Origin: Yuukianura sp. NJ FZ-2021
Lineage: Eukaryota
DNA: 64,000 nt
NCBI GenBank assembly: GCA_046563655.1
Contig: CM102284.1
Span: 2,542,001-2,606,000 of the forward strand
Direction: 5' to 3'
Every line of letters begins with the position of its first letter. The first letter of the stretch is position 1. The translations under genes and the position numbers were made by a program. The notes beneath the pieces were generated by a model, which had not been told where the DNA came from, ran no database searches, and saw nothing but the letters and a program-made list of their open reading frames with translations. Below are positions 1-11,923 of the stretch, piece by piece.

Positions 1-220
1 TCCTGGAGCGCTGGGAATGTCACTCGTTTTCAACATTTCAAAACAATTTCATCCGAACATGAGACGCAAAGGTTACGCTGGAATTAAAGTTGACCTCAGG
101 TCAATTCCGACCATGAAGTCCAAAGTTGGAAGCCTGTATTACATGGAAAGTGAAGCAAAGTTGACGCTGCTGGACAACATAACTCGTGGAATTGCATTTA
201 TGTTGGTCACATTCAATTAG
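1..220 (+). CDS. 3' end (partial) of a chemoreceptor-like multi-TM protein (gustatory/odorant receptor superfamily-like), paralogue of 10133..11339
   Basis: The C-terminus LRSIPTMKSKVGSLYYMESEAKLTLLDNITRGIAFMLVTFN aligns without gaps to LRSIPVIKSKIGGFYYMEGEAKLTLLDQLARGIGFMLITFK of the gene at 10133..11339. The 5' part lies outside the window. Confidence 0.65.
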   Translation, partial: PGALGMSLVFNISKQFHPNMRRKGYAGIKVDLRSIPTMKSKVGSLYYMESEAKLTLLDNITRGIAFMLVTFN

Positions 221-898
221 TTTTAATGTGAATTGACCTCGTACAGGTTTGGTCTAGTTACCACTGTAGAGTAACGAGTGTAGCGTAACTGTAGTGGCGT
301 AGTGTATTTAGTAAGTGAAAGAAAGTGTAGAGTTGAAAACAAAATGTAAGTATTAAAACTGGACTTCTTTTGTTCTTGTTCTTGAAGAGTCTCTCGCAGT
401 ATCTGCTGATTAGTCATATCCTCTAAATTTTCGTTGTTGAATTGAATACTGAAGGGGGTTGAAATTGAAAAACAAATTGATCTCACAAATCAGCTGAGTA
501 ATACTAAGCTTTGTACAGAACCTTTTGGATTTAGGTTTATTTTTCTTGTTTTAATTGCCGAATGCATCTTTGTACGCTATTTCGACGAACGTACGCTAAA
601 GGTATTCTAATCTTTGGTGCCCATATTGCTACGAGTTAAACTAAAACTCATTGTCGCTGAACTCTTTTAGCCAAACAACAATTTCTTATTTTATTTTGGA
701 TCGACCTGGGAACTGTAGTCTGCGAAAAGAAGCATTCAATGCAAAAGTGTAAGTTCAATGTAGCTTGGTTTACCTTATTTAACTTTTAGGAGTTTAGCGG
801 TTACAACAGTTTGAAATCACAAATACTTATTAATTTTATTAAGTACTTAATTAATATTTTTAATATTGGAATATATACATTAATTAATATTTTAGGAA

Positions 899-1387
899 AT
901 GGACGAAGAAACTGCCCTATTCGGAAACCACATAAAACCCGGGCAGGGGGTATTTGCAATTTTTTGGATGCTGATAAACTTCGGCTTCTCAATTGCTTGC
1001 ATTGCAATTGCTGTTGTCCATAATCATCCATCGGATTGCCCTGCTGCCGCAACTCTATCAAATTCCCTCATTGTCTTTGGAACTCTGACTATCCTTGCAA
1101 ACTTTGTTGAAGCTGTGAAGAGACGCAACGGAAGTTGCGATGACTGTACCAAATGCTGCCTATTTTTCTACGGATTGATCTACCTTTGCTATTTAGGAAG
1201 TTTCATCTCTTGTTGTTTGATTGTCTTTCCTCTGGCTCCGTACGTAAGATATGAACCTTACGCCTTTGCAGAGGTCAACTACTATTGCAACGCAACGCTA
1301 TTTCTATTCTCATACTGGCTCATGATTGCCACTTTTGTATTATACCCAATCTTCACCGTCTTCATGTACTTCTTCGGAGCAGTATGA
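899..1387 (+). CDS. TMEM272-like small 4-TM membrane protein (paralogue 1)
   Basis: 162-aa ORF with four hydrophobic segments, a DCPA..LxxxLIVFG motif after TM1 and NYYCNATLFLFSYW before TM4. A splice acceptor (tttag, 891-895) lies just before the ATG. Clearly similar to 15482..15997 and 17262..17914. Confidence 0.7.
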   Translation: MDEETALFGNHIKPGQGVFAIFWMLINFGFSIACIAIAVVHNHPSDCPAAATLSNSLIVFGTLTILANFVEAVKRRNGSCDDCTKCCLFFYGLIYLCYLGSFISCCLIVFPLAPYVRYEPYAFAEVNYYCNATLFLFSYWLMIATFVLYPIFTVFMYFFGAV

Positions 1388-1697
1388 GAACTACCAAAAA
1401 AAAAATGTTTTTTATTTTTGTCACAGTTTTCAACAAACTAAAAAGTTAATAATTTACTCCATCCTGAAAGGTGGAACCAGAAACTCAAAATAAAGTGTAG
1501 GCATTCACTCTGCCGTTTACTTTTTGGAAAGTTTCATCAACGTTTTCAAATGTTAATAAAAGTTTGAATTTAACCCCATTTTTTTTAAAAAAGTGGAAAT
1601 TTTTTAAAAGATGATTCTAAGGAAGCAACACAATTGACGCTTTGAGAAGAGCCTCAATGTTCAATTTAGAAAAAAAAATTGCATGACTTTTTAGTGG

Positions 1698-3077
1698 CTA
1701 GGAATGGCCAATTTTTGGTTCTGCGCTTGAAATGGTCGTCGTATGTTTACCAGCGGCGGCTCTCAGAAGTTGTGATTTGCGCAAGCGTAGCAAATTTCTT
1801 TCAAGCATGGTCACCGTAACTCTTCCTACAGAGTTGACCACCACGGATGCCTTTGTGGCAATGTCATCTTCAAAGTTCTTTTCACTCGAAAAGTTAATGG
1901 CAATCAAGCCATCTTTCAGTGCCGATGTACGCACTTTGTAGTCTTTGCTTGGAACACCCGTAATCACCACGTCAGCTATTGGTAAAATCTCATCCACGGT
2001 CATAGTTGTATCGGCAACCTAAATTGAAACAGGTCAAAGGTCACTGCGTAGTTCGTTTGTAGCTCAATTTGAATATGACCTTGACTTAATCTTACCACGT
2101 GCTTCCTTAGCCCTTCTCCGCGCTCAAAAATCAATACATCTCCGATATCAATGGAGTACACCGTGGCTCCGTCATTGGCCAGAAGCGCTGCCAGTGGCCG
2201 ACCAACCACTTCACTCCGATTGATTATCGCAATTCTTCGACCGAAGAGTTGGTTACCATATGGAATGTCTGTATCGTACACTCGAAGGTACTCGAGAATC
2301 TAAAAAAAACGAAATTTTTGAAAATATTTATTTACGTCCTCCATTTAAAAAAAAGCACTCCTTGCTACCACCGTTTTGGTTTTTTACTTTTTTTCTTAAA
2401 TAATTTTTGGAAATATTTTGAAATTAAAAAAAAATAAACCTTCAAAATTCCGAGTGGCGTGCACGGAACGATGGACTTGAGCGTGTGTCCATGATCCACA
2501 AATCGTATGTTGTGGTACATATTGAAGCGATACTTATGGCAAAGCCCTTCAACGTCCTTGTACGGACTCACACAGTTCTGGATATACTGGTCATGTCCAC
2601 CTCCAAACACTGGGTAGTACACCATGATTCCATGAATATCAGGATCATCATTGGCTGCAATAATCGTGTCCTCCAGTTCCTCTCGTTTGACCTTTCGAAG
2701 TTCAAAGTCAATCCCAGTCGCAGCACAACTCTTCCCAGTCCAAAGTGCATAACTCTCCGCAGACGGATCAGAGTTTGCCAAATATCCAACCAATTTCACT
2801 TTAATTTTCTTCTCTTTGATCGTCTTGATCAAGTCCACTCTGGAAAATAGTGAAGGAGTGTCAACATCATTTTTAAAACCAACATGCAATTGGAATCAGA
2901 CCAATTTTTCAATTTGTGAATAATGGGTTCCAGCAAAAGTGTAACGTTGACCTTCGACTCGACCTTGACCTAAGCAAAAATTAATTTCAGCTTTACCGTT
3001 ACGAAGGCTTACTTGAATGGACCAGCAACGTCTCCTACATTTAAAACTTTTCCTTTCTTTTCTTCTTCTGCACTCAT
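1698..3077 (-). CDS. MTD1: NAD-dependent methylenetetrahydrofolate dehydrogenase, monofunctional yeast MTD1 type; exons complement(3013..3077, 2440..2839, 2096..2299, 1698..2018), ~329 aa
   Basis: Four exons join in frame through GT-AG introns. The motifs LVGYLANSDPSA..YA.WT, GIMVYYPVFG..DQY, KDVEGL, KSIVPCTPL, INRSEVVGRPLAALLANDGATVYS, DVVITGVPS and G.VT.TML.RN.LRL match S. cerevisiae Mtd1 as I recall it. Confidence 0.92.
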
Positions 3078-4926
3078 CGTCAAAAATCGGTCGCCTTTAA
3101 ACTTTTGTTTAAAAAAATGACTTCAAAATCGGAACTTTGCCAAACTTGAAACGGAAACTTTTTACTTGAAAACTTCTCTCTCTTCACTAGAAAGCTTTGC
3201 TTCTTGGTAACTGGTTTTAGCGGTTTAAAAATAACTAAAAACCAAAAATGTGAGTAATAGCCTAAGTCGACAATGACGCCATTGTTTCAAGTGTTTAAGT
3301 TTGAGTGCTTAAATAAATTGTCTGTTCAACGCCTATGCGTAGTAGAACAACAACTAAAAGCTGTTTAGTAGGCGCCTTTAGATTTTTTTTTAAATTTCAA
3401 AACAGTCATTATGTTAGACACTATACATCCTTAGCATGGATCTAAAAAATATCTAGCTTTCATTCCCGCATGGTTATAAAAATATTTACGGTTTTTTTTG
3501 TTACTAAATATTTATTTATTTGCCGCCCTTAATGTCAAATAAGTAAATATTAGGTGATTTAGGAACGATTTTTTGTTTGTCAATATTTTGGAGCTTTTTG
3601 TCTCATATTTTTGACTACCCTGATTCATAGTCATTTATTATTTTTTTTTTTTTGTAATAAGACGCTTTGACTCCAGACAATCAGAATTACAATTTAAGTC
3701 TCACAGACGCTGTGAATGAAGATGAACAAAAACACTTGCGACATCAATTTTTCTTTGGCGATTTGTCGACAACCGACAAATTAATAAATCCAGAATTGGC
3801 TGACAGATAAAAGAGGATTTTATTACAATTCCTCTACACTCAAGGGGATCATGACATAGATGGGTTGAGCAGCAAGGCTGTAAAAAAGCGGTTAATAAAA
3901 TACAACCTTCATAAAAAATAGTAGAAACTAGAATTTATGTTTTTGTGCGCCAAAGTTTCTGGTATAATTTTACTTTCAGTTTTAATATGAGATTTAAGTT
4001 GAAATCAATGTTGCGCTACTTTTTCTTTTCAATAATTCGCATTTATAGATTCGGTTAACCTTTTTTGAGTTCAAGTTAATTATATATGCCATCAAGTAGG
4101 AAACACACTTGGACTCTTGGTTTCTATGAATGCAACGGATTGTCATTAAAGGAAAGGTTAACTTTCGGAATAAAACCAGAATCAACTAACATAATCCGAA
4201 ATTTAACCTTCTAGTAATTCACAACTATTGTTTCACCTAACTTATCAAAGTCGCTTGAGACTTTAATAAGTTCAACTGAAAATCCCAACCCGTTGCGCAT
4301 TTTTCAATTTCAATGTTATAGTCGTATTATGCGAAAAGAAAAGAATATTTTTTGCAGTAGTAGTTTCAGTTGCCAATGCCAAAAAACGTGTCGCGACCTC
4401 GATTCTAACCCAAGTCCGTAGTCAAGAGGAAAGAGAAAAAATTAATTTTAATTTCGAAATCTTCTTCTTCGAAAACTTATGTATGTTACATCACACGATT
4501 AGGACGTTCTTAGGGCGTTAGAGAATTCGACAAAAATCTTTCTTCAGAATATGCACAACTAATCAGAGAGTGCTTATTTTTTCAGGTAAATAATAAAACA
4601 AAACTACGCAAAAAGATCGTGGTTTCCGGTTTCTGGCAGCCGATTTTGATTTTGATTTTCACACTGCCACAAAATTTTTAGAAAAATAGGAGATCGCAAA
4701 TGTGGCTTTTAAGGTTTAGTTGAGGTATTTTATGCGTCGTTTGTACCTAAATGAGATTTCAAAAACAAAAAGTATCCTGTTTAGAAGAGATAACGTATGT
4801 AAGTAAACCACTGATGAAAAGAACAGTAGTACAAGAAAAAGACAGAACAAATTAGTTAGTGGCGAAAATTTCACACGAAGAGACCTAAACTGGTGCTAAA
4901 AATTTGAATCAAATATCGTTGAAAAA

Positions 4927-7900
4927 ATGAATATCTATTTCACACATTCGATTTTAATATTTCTACTCACCGCGAATTATTCGGTTTACGCGTGGGGTGT
5001 AAGTATTTGAAACTTGAGTTACGCTACATCTATCTTCAGAAAACAAAGCAAAATTTCCATTAACATTAAATTTAAAACTCTACAAGAACAGATAAGCGTA
5101 TCCTCAGGGATATAATATATTTTTTTGACTTTTTAGAATGCTAGAAACTTCCGTTTGACAGGGTACCCCGGGCATTTAAAGACGTTTAGAGCGAACTTAA
5201 CAAGCACGAGATGTGAATTGAAAGTCTTCTACTTGTCTTATGCTACAGTCCATCGTAACGACCTGGTAGACTCCCTTCGCGGTTGTATTAAACTTGAATT
5301 GATACGTTTAAATCACGTAGTTTGGAATTGGAATGAAGATTCCTTATTGCAGAGCAAAGTTTATCTCCCGATGTTGTCAGACTTTGAATTCAAATTATTG
5401 CACGATGAAACATCGACTTGGAAGTCTGATGCTGATATTGAATCAATCATATTTTTCTACGTTCGTGGTGAACCCAGCGCCGGGTTTACAGAGCTGTTGA
5501 ACGTTGATTCCGTTGTTGTCAAAGGAAAAACAATGGAAGGAGGTCTACTCTTTGTAAAGAAAAGACAAGGTGCCGGTTTGGGTGCCATTGGAATCAAAAG
5601 TAAAAGTACGTGGAATATATTGCTGAAAATATGGCCTGCCTTGACGGAGATTCATTGTAAAAATTGTTTAGTAGACGTGACGAATTTCAACTTGAGTGCA
5701 ATGAAATTCATAAGCCTTAACAATACCTTAGTAGATGGTGGATCCTACAGCGACATCTTGAAGACAGCTAAAAGTGTACAGTATTTGAGTTTGGACGCAC
5801 CGCGAGAAACTGTAGTGGATTTTTCTACGTTGGATAAGACATTTCTCGTCGAGTTCATTGCATCAAATTTGACATTTTACTGGAACACGACTTTAGACGA
5901 TACACTTCCGTCGAATAGCTTATTGGATTCAAATTCCAGTTTTTTGAATCGCGGTGATTGTGCTTTAACGGTTTTTGGGTTGAAGCATGTAAGAGTTTGC
6001 AGGAGCTACGTTGTGACTTTTCTCAGACATTGTCACCGCTTGACTGTATTAGAAATCATGAACGTTGATTGGCAATACGATGCGCATACGATAAGCAATA
6101 GGGTCCACCTTCCAATGCTGGAGGTCTTTCGTTTTGCTTCAAGTTTTGAAAGTTCAAAATCCAGCAGTTCGATACTTGAATCCATTGTGTTTTTCCACAA
6201 GACTTCAAGTCCAACTGGTGTTCTTGAACTCCTGAATCTAAATTTTAGCATTTTTATTCGTGATAGGGAGTTTGCTATGCAATTCAACGAGAGCTTTTTA
6301 TTTGCTGACCGTTTGACGAACCCTCAAATATGGGACTACCTGTACGCGTTCATGTCAGCTTGGCAACTTGTTTATATTAGCCATTGTCAGCTAAGTGCCA
6401 AAAGAATGCAATTAGATGCGGCAAAAAACATATATATTTACTACAATAAATTTACCGAAGGCAATATTAGTGACATCCTAGAACTGGCAAAGGTTGCTGA
6501 GGATGTACAAATTTTTGTTTTAGAAGACGAGGCAATCGACATTGCTCTCTTACCCAGTGGTACGTTGCAAACGCTTGTCACAGACAAACTCAGTTTCCGT
6601 TGGACCTCAACGGAAAAACAATTTCCGAACCTTGAAATTTTAAAAATGAACGACGGTGACGTGAATTTACACTTGTTTGGAGGATTACAAAAGTTCCAAG
6701 ATTTGCAAGTGAGTCAAATGTACTTCTGGAATGGAAGTGGAGAAGTAATAAGTAGACTACATAACTTAACCAGACTTTATCTGTTGTGTGAATCTGCTAA
6801 CCAACACTGTTCTGAAGTATCTCTAGACACAATACCAGACTCAGTCACAGATTTATGTATGTTCAAAATGAATGTGAATTCTGAAAATATCCGTCCACGC
6901 TTCAACGCAAAACGCTTTATGTCCATTTGGTGTGAACTCCAGAATGATATTTTATATAACTTACCTATCATGTTTCCAAATCTGGAAGTTGTTGGATTTG
7001 ACATCCAAACTCTAATGAAACCACAAGTTTTTTCCAATGTACTCAAACTTTCATCTCTGCAAAAAATTGAAGTGAGCAGTGTAGTTGAACATAAAAAATT
7101 TAAAAGTCAACTCGAGGCTAACATTCGAGAGTTTTTAACTGAAAATTTTACATGGGAAAGTGACAACACCAAGATGTTAGTTTTTACACGAGTTCAAAAT
7201 CAGTGGAATTACAGTAGTGTTGAGGCACCACTCTACGCTTACCACCGTGCTCATCAGTCTTTTAGAATGTTTGGCATTACCGAAGAGAAAATTACACCAG
7301 AATTGTTGCGATCAATTTATATCGCCTACATTACCATCGTCTATTCGTTGAGTACATTGGGAATTCTGGGTAACATGTTGAGCGGTGCTGTACTATGGCG
7401 CAAAACAATGCATGGATCAACTACATCTCTTCTGCTTGCACTTGCACTCTGTGACTCTGTATATTTGCTTACAACTCTGGGAACTCTGAAGGAGTTTAAC
7501 CTCTTGTTTAGTGCCGGATTTGGAAGGTCAAAATTCGACGAAAAGTTGTACTACCCTGATGCAAATTCAATGGGTAAATAAAACACAATTTCTTCTTGTT
7601 TTAATAAACAGCTTGCCTATAAACAACTTTTTCATCTCAAAAAATTTTTATTTGAAGCTTACGCCCCACCTCGACTCTCAACTCCGCTTTTCCTCTGTGA
7701 CTCGACCTACTTGTCCGAAAAATCCTCGAGAGCAGAAGAAATCAAACTTTTATTTGAATTCGGATTCGGTAGCTCGAAATTGAACGGACACGTTGCTTAT
7801 CCTTTGAACAAAATTGGTAATATTATTAAGTATCGTCAGATACTTTTAGGGATCGTAATGTCCGTCTGTCCGTCTGTCTGTCCGTCCGTCTGTCCGTCTG

Positions 7901-9785
7901 TCCGGCCGTCCGTATACTAGCCACAATATCTCTGGAACCGCTGGACCGATTTTCAATCTGTCTTTACAGATGAACTTGGCATTGTCCAGGGATGATTAAT
8001 CGGTGTCCAGCTTGACCGGAAGTTGTCCAGGTTCGGGTCAAAGGTCAAGGTCAAATCCATTTTTGACGGAAATCGGGAAAGTCACCCTTATAAAAGTTGT
8101 CCGTCTCATCGAGTCGAACAACTTTTGTATAGGTGACCTTGACCTATGACCCGGGGCTCTGGAGATATAGGTCTTAGAAGTTGCATTATGGCGAGGCTCA
8201 TGCAATTCGCGTCTATAACTCCAGAACCACTGGACCGATTTTCAATCTGTCTTCGCGGTTGCGGTTCACATGTACCAGGGGTGTATAATCATTGTCCAGC
8301 TTGACCGGAAGTTGTCCAGGTCCGGGCCAAAGGTCAAGGTCAAGTACTCTATTGACGGAAATCGAAAAAATTACTTTTACAAAAGTTGTGTATCCCGTTG
8401 TGCTGAACAACTTTTGTAAAGATGACCTTGAGCTTTGATCTACGTTTCCAGAGATACAGACGATAGAAGTTGCAAAATGGCGTCCCTCGTCCTAGTCGGG
8501 GAAGCATGACCTACTTTATGTTTTCTCCCGAGTCTGGCTGTCTGTCTGTCTGCACAATATTGTCAAAGGTCAAGGTTATGCTTTCTTTACAATACGGAAA
8601 CGGATGGACAGACTCGGAAACGGTTTGCGGGGATCCGATTTTGATCACCTCGAGTGACCTCTAACAGGGTCAAGGCTCACGGTCCTCGTTTATTTCTACA
8701 ATTCGGAAACGAATGGACCGATGCGGAAATGGTTTCCGGGGATAGATGTTTGACGACGCGAGGACTAAAATTCCGAATGTTCTTTGACCTCAAGTGACCT
8801 CTAACCATATCAGAGGTCTAGTCAACAATATCCTGCGCGGGAACTTTCTATAACTGATCTGACGATACTTATTTACATCGTCTTTGCAAGAAGTTTATTT
8901 CTTTTACAAATATTTTCTGATTTTTTACATCCCAAGCTAGTTTCTGTTTTGAAGCCTGCAATAATGTTTTTAATGTTTTCAGCATACACCGCATCTGTGT
9001 ACATGACCATTTTAATTACAATCGAGAGGTTTGTTGCCATTTGTTTTCCGTTTCGTGCTAAGGAACTGTTTTCAATTTCGAGAACGAAGTTGTACAGATT
9101 TTGCGTTTTCGTCTTTGCTTTTACGTTAAACCTACCAAGATGGTTCGAATTCATCAAGTGGAGCTACGAAGCTGAATCCCCTAAATGGAGCGCACATTTT
9201 GCACGTCAACTTCATAAGTTCCCGCTTTATGAAGAAGTGTACCTTAAAGGAGTCTGGTATTTCTTCGTCTACGCTGTTCCAGTTTCAACTATCGCAATTT
9301 TGAACCTAATCCTTTGGATTCAAGTAAGGTTAAAAATTAATTTCCTATTTCAGTGCTTAAGTTTGAGCAATACTTCGCTTTTCGAAAGATTACGCATATA
9401 GTAGTTGATTTCAACATTTCAGGTAAGAATAGCAGCAGTTAGAAGGCGTCGTCTAAACCCTGGAGCAAGGAGGGCAGGTCCGGTGAATTCTCTAACAAGA
9501 GTTCTGCTTGCTATTGTTCTTGTTTTCTTCATTTGCAATTCGGTGAGTGGAGCCATCCATTGGTTTTTGATTTCCAAAAAAGCGGAACCGGCATTCGCAG
9601 AAATCTTTTCTTGTATTCCAATCATCTTCAACTCTGCAATTAATTTTGTTCTATACTACACGATGGGAACAAAATTTAGAACAGAACTTAAGTTAATGAT
9701 TCAATCTGCCTGGAACTATATTCGTGGTAAGTGTTGTACTACAATAACGTATGCTGAAACCCACGAATTAGATAGACGTGCATAA
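4927..9785 (+). CDS. Class A peptide-receptor-like GPCR (FMRFamide-receptor-like 7TM) with signal peptide and ~750-aa LRR-like ectodomain; exons 4927..4998, 5137..7573, [7658..7816], 8941..9323, 9423..9785
   Basis: Exon 1 encodes MNIYFTHSILIFLLTANYSVYAWG and splices in frame to the long ORF. 7TM motifs are GILGN (TM1), LALCD (TM2), ERFVAICFP (TM3), NLPRWFE (TM4), YAVP..LN (TM5), FFICN (TM6) and NSAINFVLY (TM7). All splice phases are compatible. Confidence 0.82.
7827..8871. mobile_element. DINE-1/HINE-like non-autonomous Helentron-type element in a GPCR intron
   Basis: Perfect 15-bp inverted repeat taagtatcgtcagat (7827-7841) / atctgacgatactta (8857-8871). There is a 5' hairpin aagtatc-gtca-gatactt, a (GTCC/GTCT)n microsatellite at ~7860-7913, and an internal ~290-bp direct repeat (ctggaccgattttcaatctgtct near 7940 and 8230). 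Confidence 0.7.
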
Positions 9786-10132
9786 TTCAATTAAGCCATT
9801 TAATTTACTCAAATCTTCAATTTTCTCTAAATCAGTTTTTATTAATTAAGAATGTTGTAGTTAAATATACAGTGCGATAGTAAATTGGCATCCTCCAGGC
9901 ACAATTTGAAGTTAATCAATAAGCGGCGAGTTTTCATTAAGAAGTTTAATGAATTTCATTATAGTGTTAGTCTAGTTTTAAATAGTACTATGGATAAGCG
10001 GATTGTAGGTTATGAAAATTAAAACCAATTAATATGCTCACTTGTTACTTATATGTAATTTGCTCGGAAACTATTTAAACTTTGTCTTGCCTTTATGTTG
10101 GTTTTCAGTTTAAACAAAAAAATCGCCACAGA

Positions 10133-11339
10133 ATGATTTCTCTTGCTGAGTTCAAAATTTACTCGACAGTTTTTTCAATTATAGGAAAATTTAAGATAAT
10201 TCCTTTTCAATTTAAAAACGGAGAGCTATTTGAAACAAATTCCGTTTGGATGCGTTGGAAATTCGTAACTTGGGAAATACTAAACGTCTCGCTTGTGACG
10301 TTTTACGTAACAGAGGTACGACGGAATTTTGAAAATTACGACTACGCCCATGGAATTCTCGATTGTTTCCATACAATCTTTAGCGCTGCCGCATTTTCAT
10401 TTAAAATCAGTCTGTATTTGAAATCGCGGGAATTTGTTCAGCTAGGCAATGGAGTGATGTTATTGAACAGAAATTTTGGTAAGAAATACTTCGGTGAAGA
10501 ATTCTGCCCTAGAAGACCTTGGCGGGAAATTCTCTACTTCTCAGTCTTTTTGGCATCCGGAACTGCAGTTTTCGGCGTTCTGTGTCAAATGGCTTGGTTC
10601 AAATATAATGTGTTTGAACATATTTGGTTGCGTGTTGGCTTTCTCATTGGCTTAACACTTTCCACTGTTGACTTGTATGTTGATATAGTTGCTATTTTGA
10701 ACATTTTCACTCCGTCTATAGCAACGATCTACTTCTGGCTCACAAAGTTGTGGTAAGTTGTTCAATTTTTTTTTGTTAATTTTAAGTACCCAGTTAGAAA
10801 TACAAATTCATTTTCTGTTTGAACACATTATGATTATATTTATAATAACTTATTGATTTCATAGCGGCGAAATATATTTACCGGAAGAAGGCGCATACGC
10901 AGAACCATCGGAGCTCTTGAAATCGTATCAAGCAATTGCAATGCTGAATGCAGTTCATAACGATGCTATCGGATCCATTTTCATTCCGTGCATGAAACTG
11001 GGAATGATTTTAGGAATCTACATCGTTGTGTACGCCATAGTTGGGTTAGGAGCCAAACTTGGTCCATTCTTCCTTTCCATGTTTGTTTTATACTTTTTTG
11101 TAATTTGGATACTTGGAGTTCTCGGAGCAAAAGGAATGTCAGTCGTTTTCGAATTGTCCAAAAAATTTCATCGCAACATAAAGCCGAAATGTTTTAGAGA
11201 AAATAAAACATGTCTCAGGTCAATCCCGGTCATCAAATCCAAAATTGGAGGCTTCTACTACATGGAAGGCGAAGCCAAGTTGACATTGCTCGATCAATTA
11301 GCTCGCGGAATTGGCTTTATGCTCATTACATTTAAGTAG
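10133..11339 (+). CDS. Chemoreceptor-like multi-TM protein (GR/OR superfamily-like); exons 10133..10752, 10865..11339, ~364 aa
   Basis: Two hydrophobic ORFs are joined by a phase-2 GTAAGT..ATAG intron. There are about 7 hydrophobic segments, and the C-terminus has a basic loop followed by a terminal TM segment. The family call is from overall topology only. Confidence 0.65.
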
Positions 11340-11923
11340 TTTGAATTGCAAATATCCAAATGTGACAAAAAGAAAAATTTAAAAGCATTTTATAATGCTT
11401 GTATATGGAAAAATAAGTTGACTTGATTTTGCCTTCATCCCAAGCAAATCTGAAAAGGTATGAAAGTCTCGGCATTAATTAAAAGTGTAAATCACAAGTT
11501 GAGTAAATCTATAATTAAAATGCTGAAAATGTTTTAGCTGGTTTGCCGTAGTCGACTTATTGTTAGTTTAAAAATTCAACTTGTTAGTGCTACAGACCCG
11601 CTTGGCTTTGTGTTTTGTTAATTGAATTTGGCCGTGTAGTTTATTATTTAACGGTATTTTAATTAGTAAGCACCAAACACTGTATCATTTACTAAGCTAT
11701 AGTTAGCTATGTATTATTTGAATTAATAAGAAAGTTAATCGATCATGCAAAATCATTATGTACGGTTTAATTCTTATAAATATTTAAGTATTTCTGAAAA
11801 TTTTCATTGTAGTTAATGGCTGTTTACTTCATTTGCTAGAGTAAAGTGTCCACCCTTAGAATTAAACGTTAATTATATTAATTAAAAATAGCCTGCAATA
11901 CAATTTTCAGTTATTCAATCACT

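Noticed and set aside
223-486. 87-aa minus-strand ORF
   Set aside because: Non-ATG start, no recognisable motif and no supportable exon structure.
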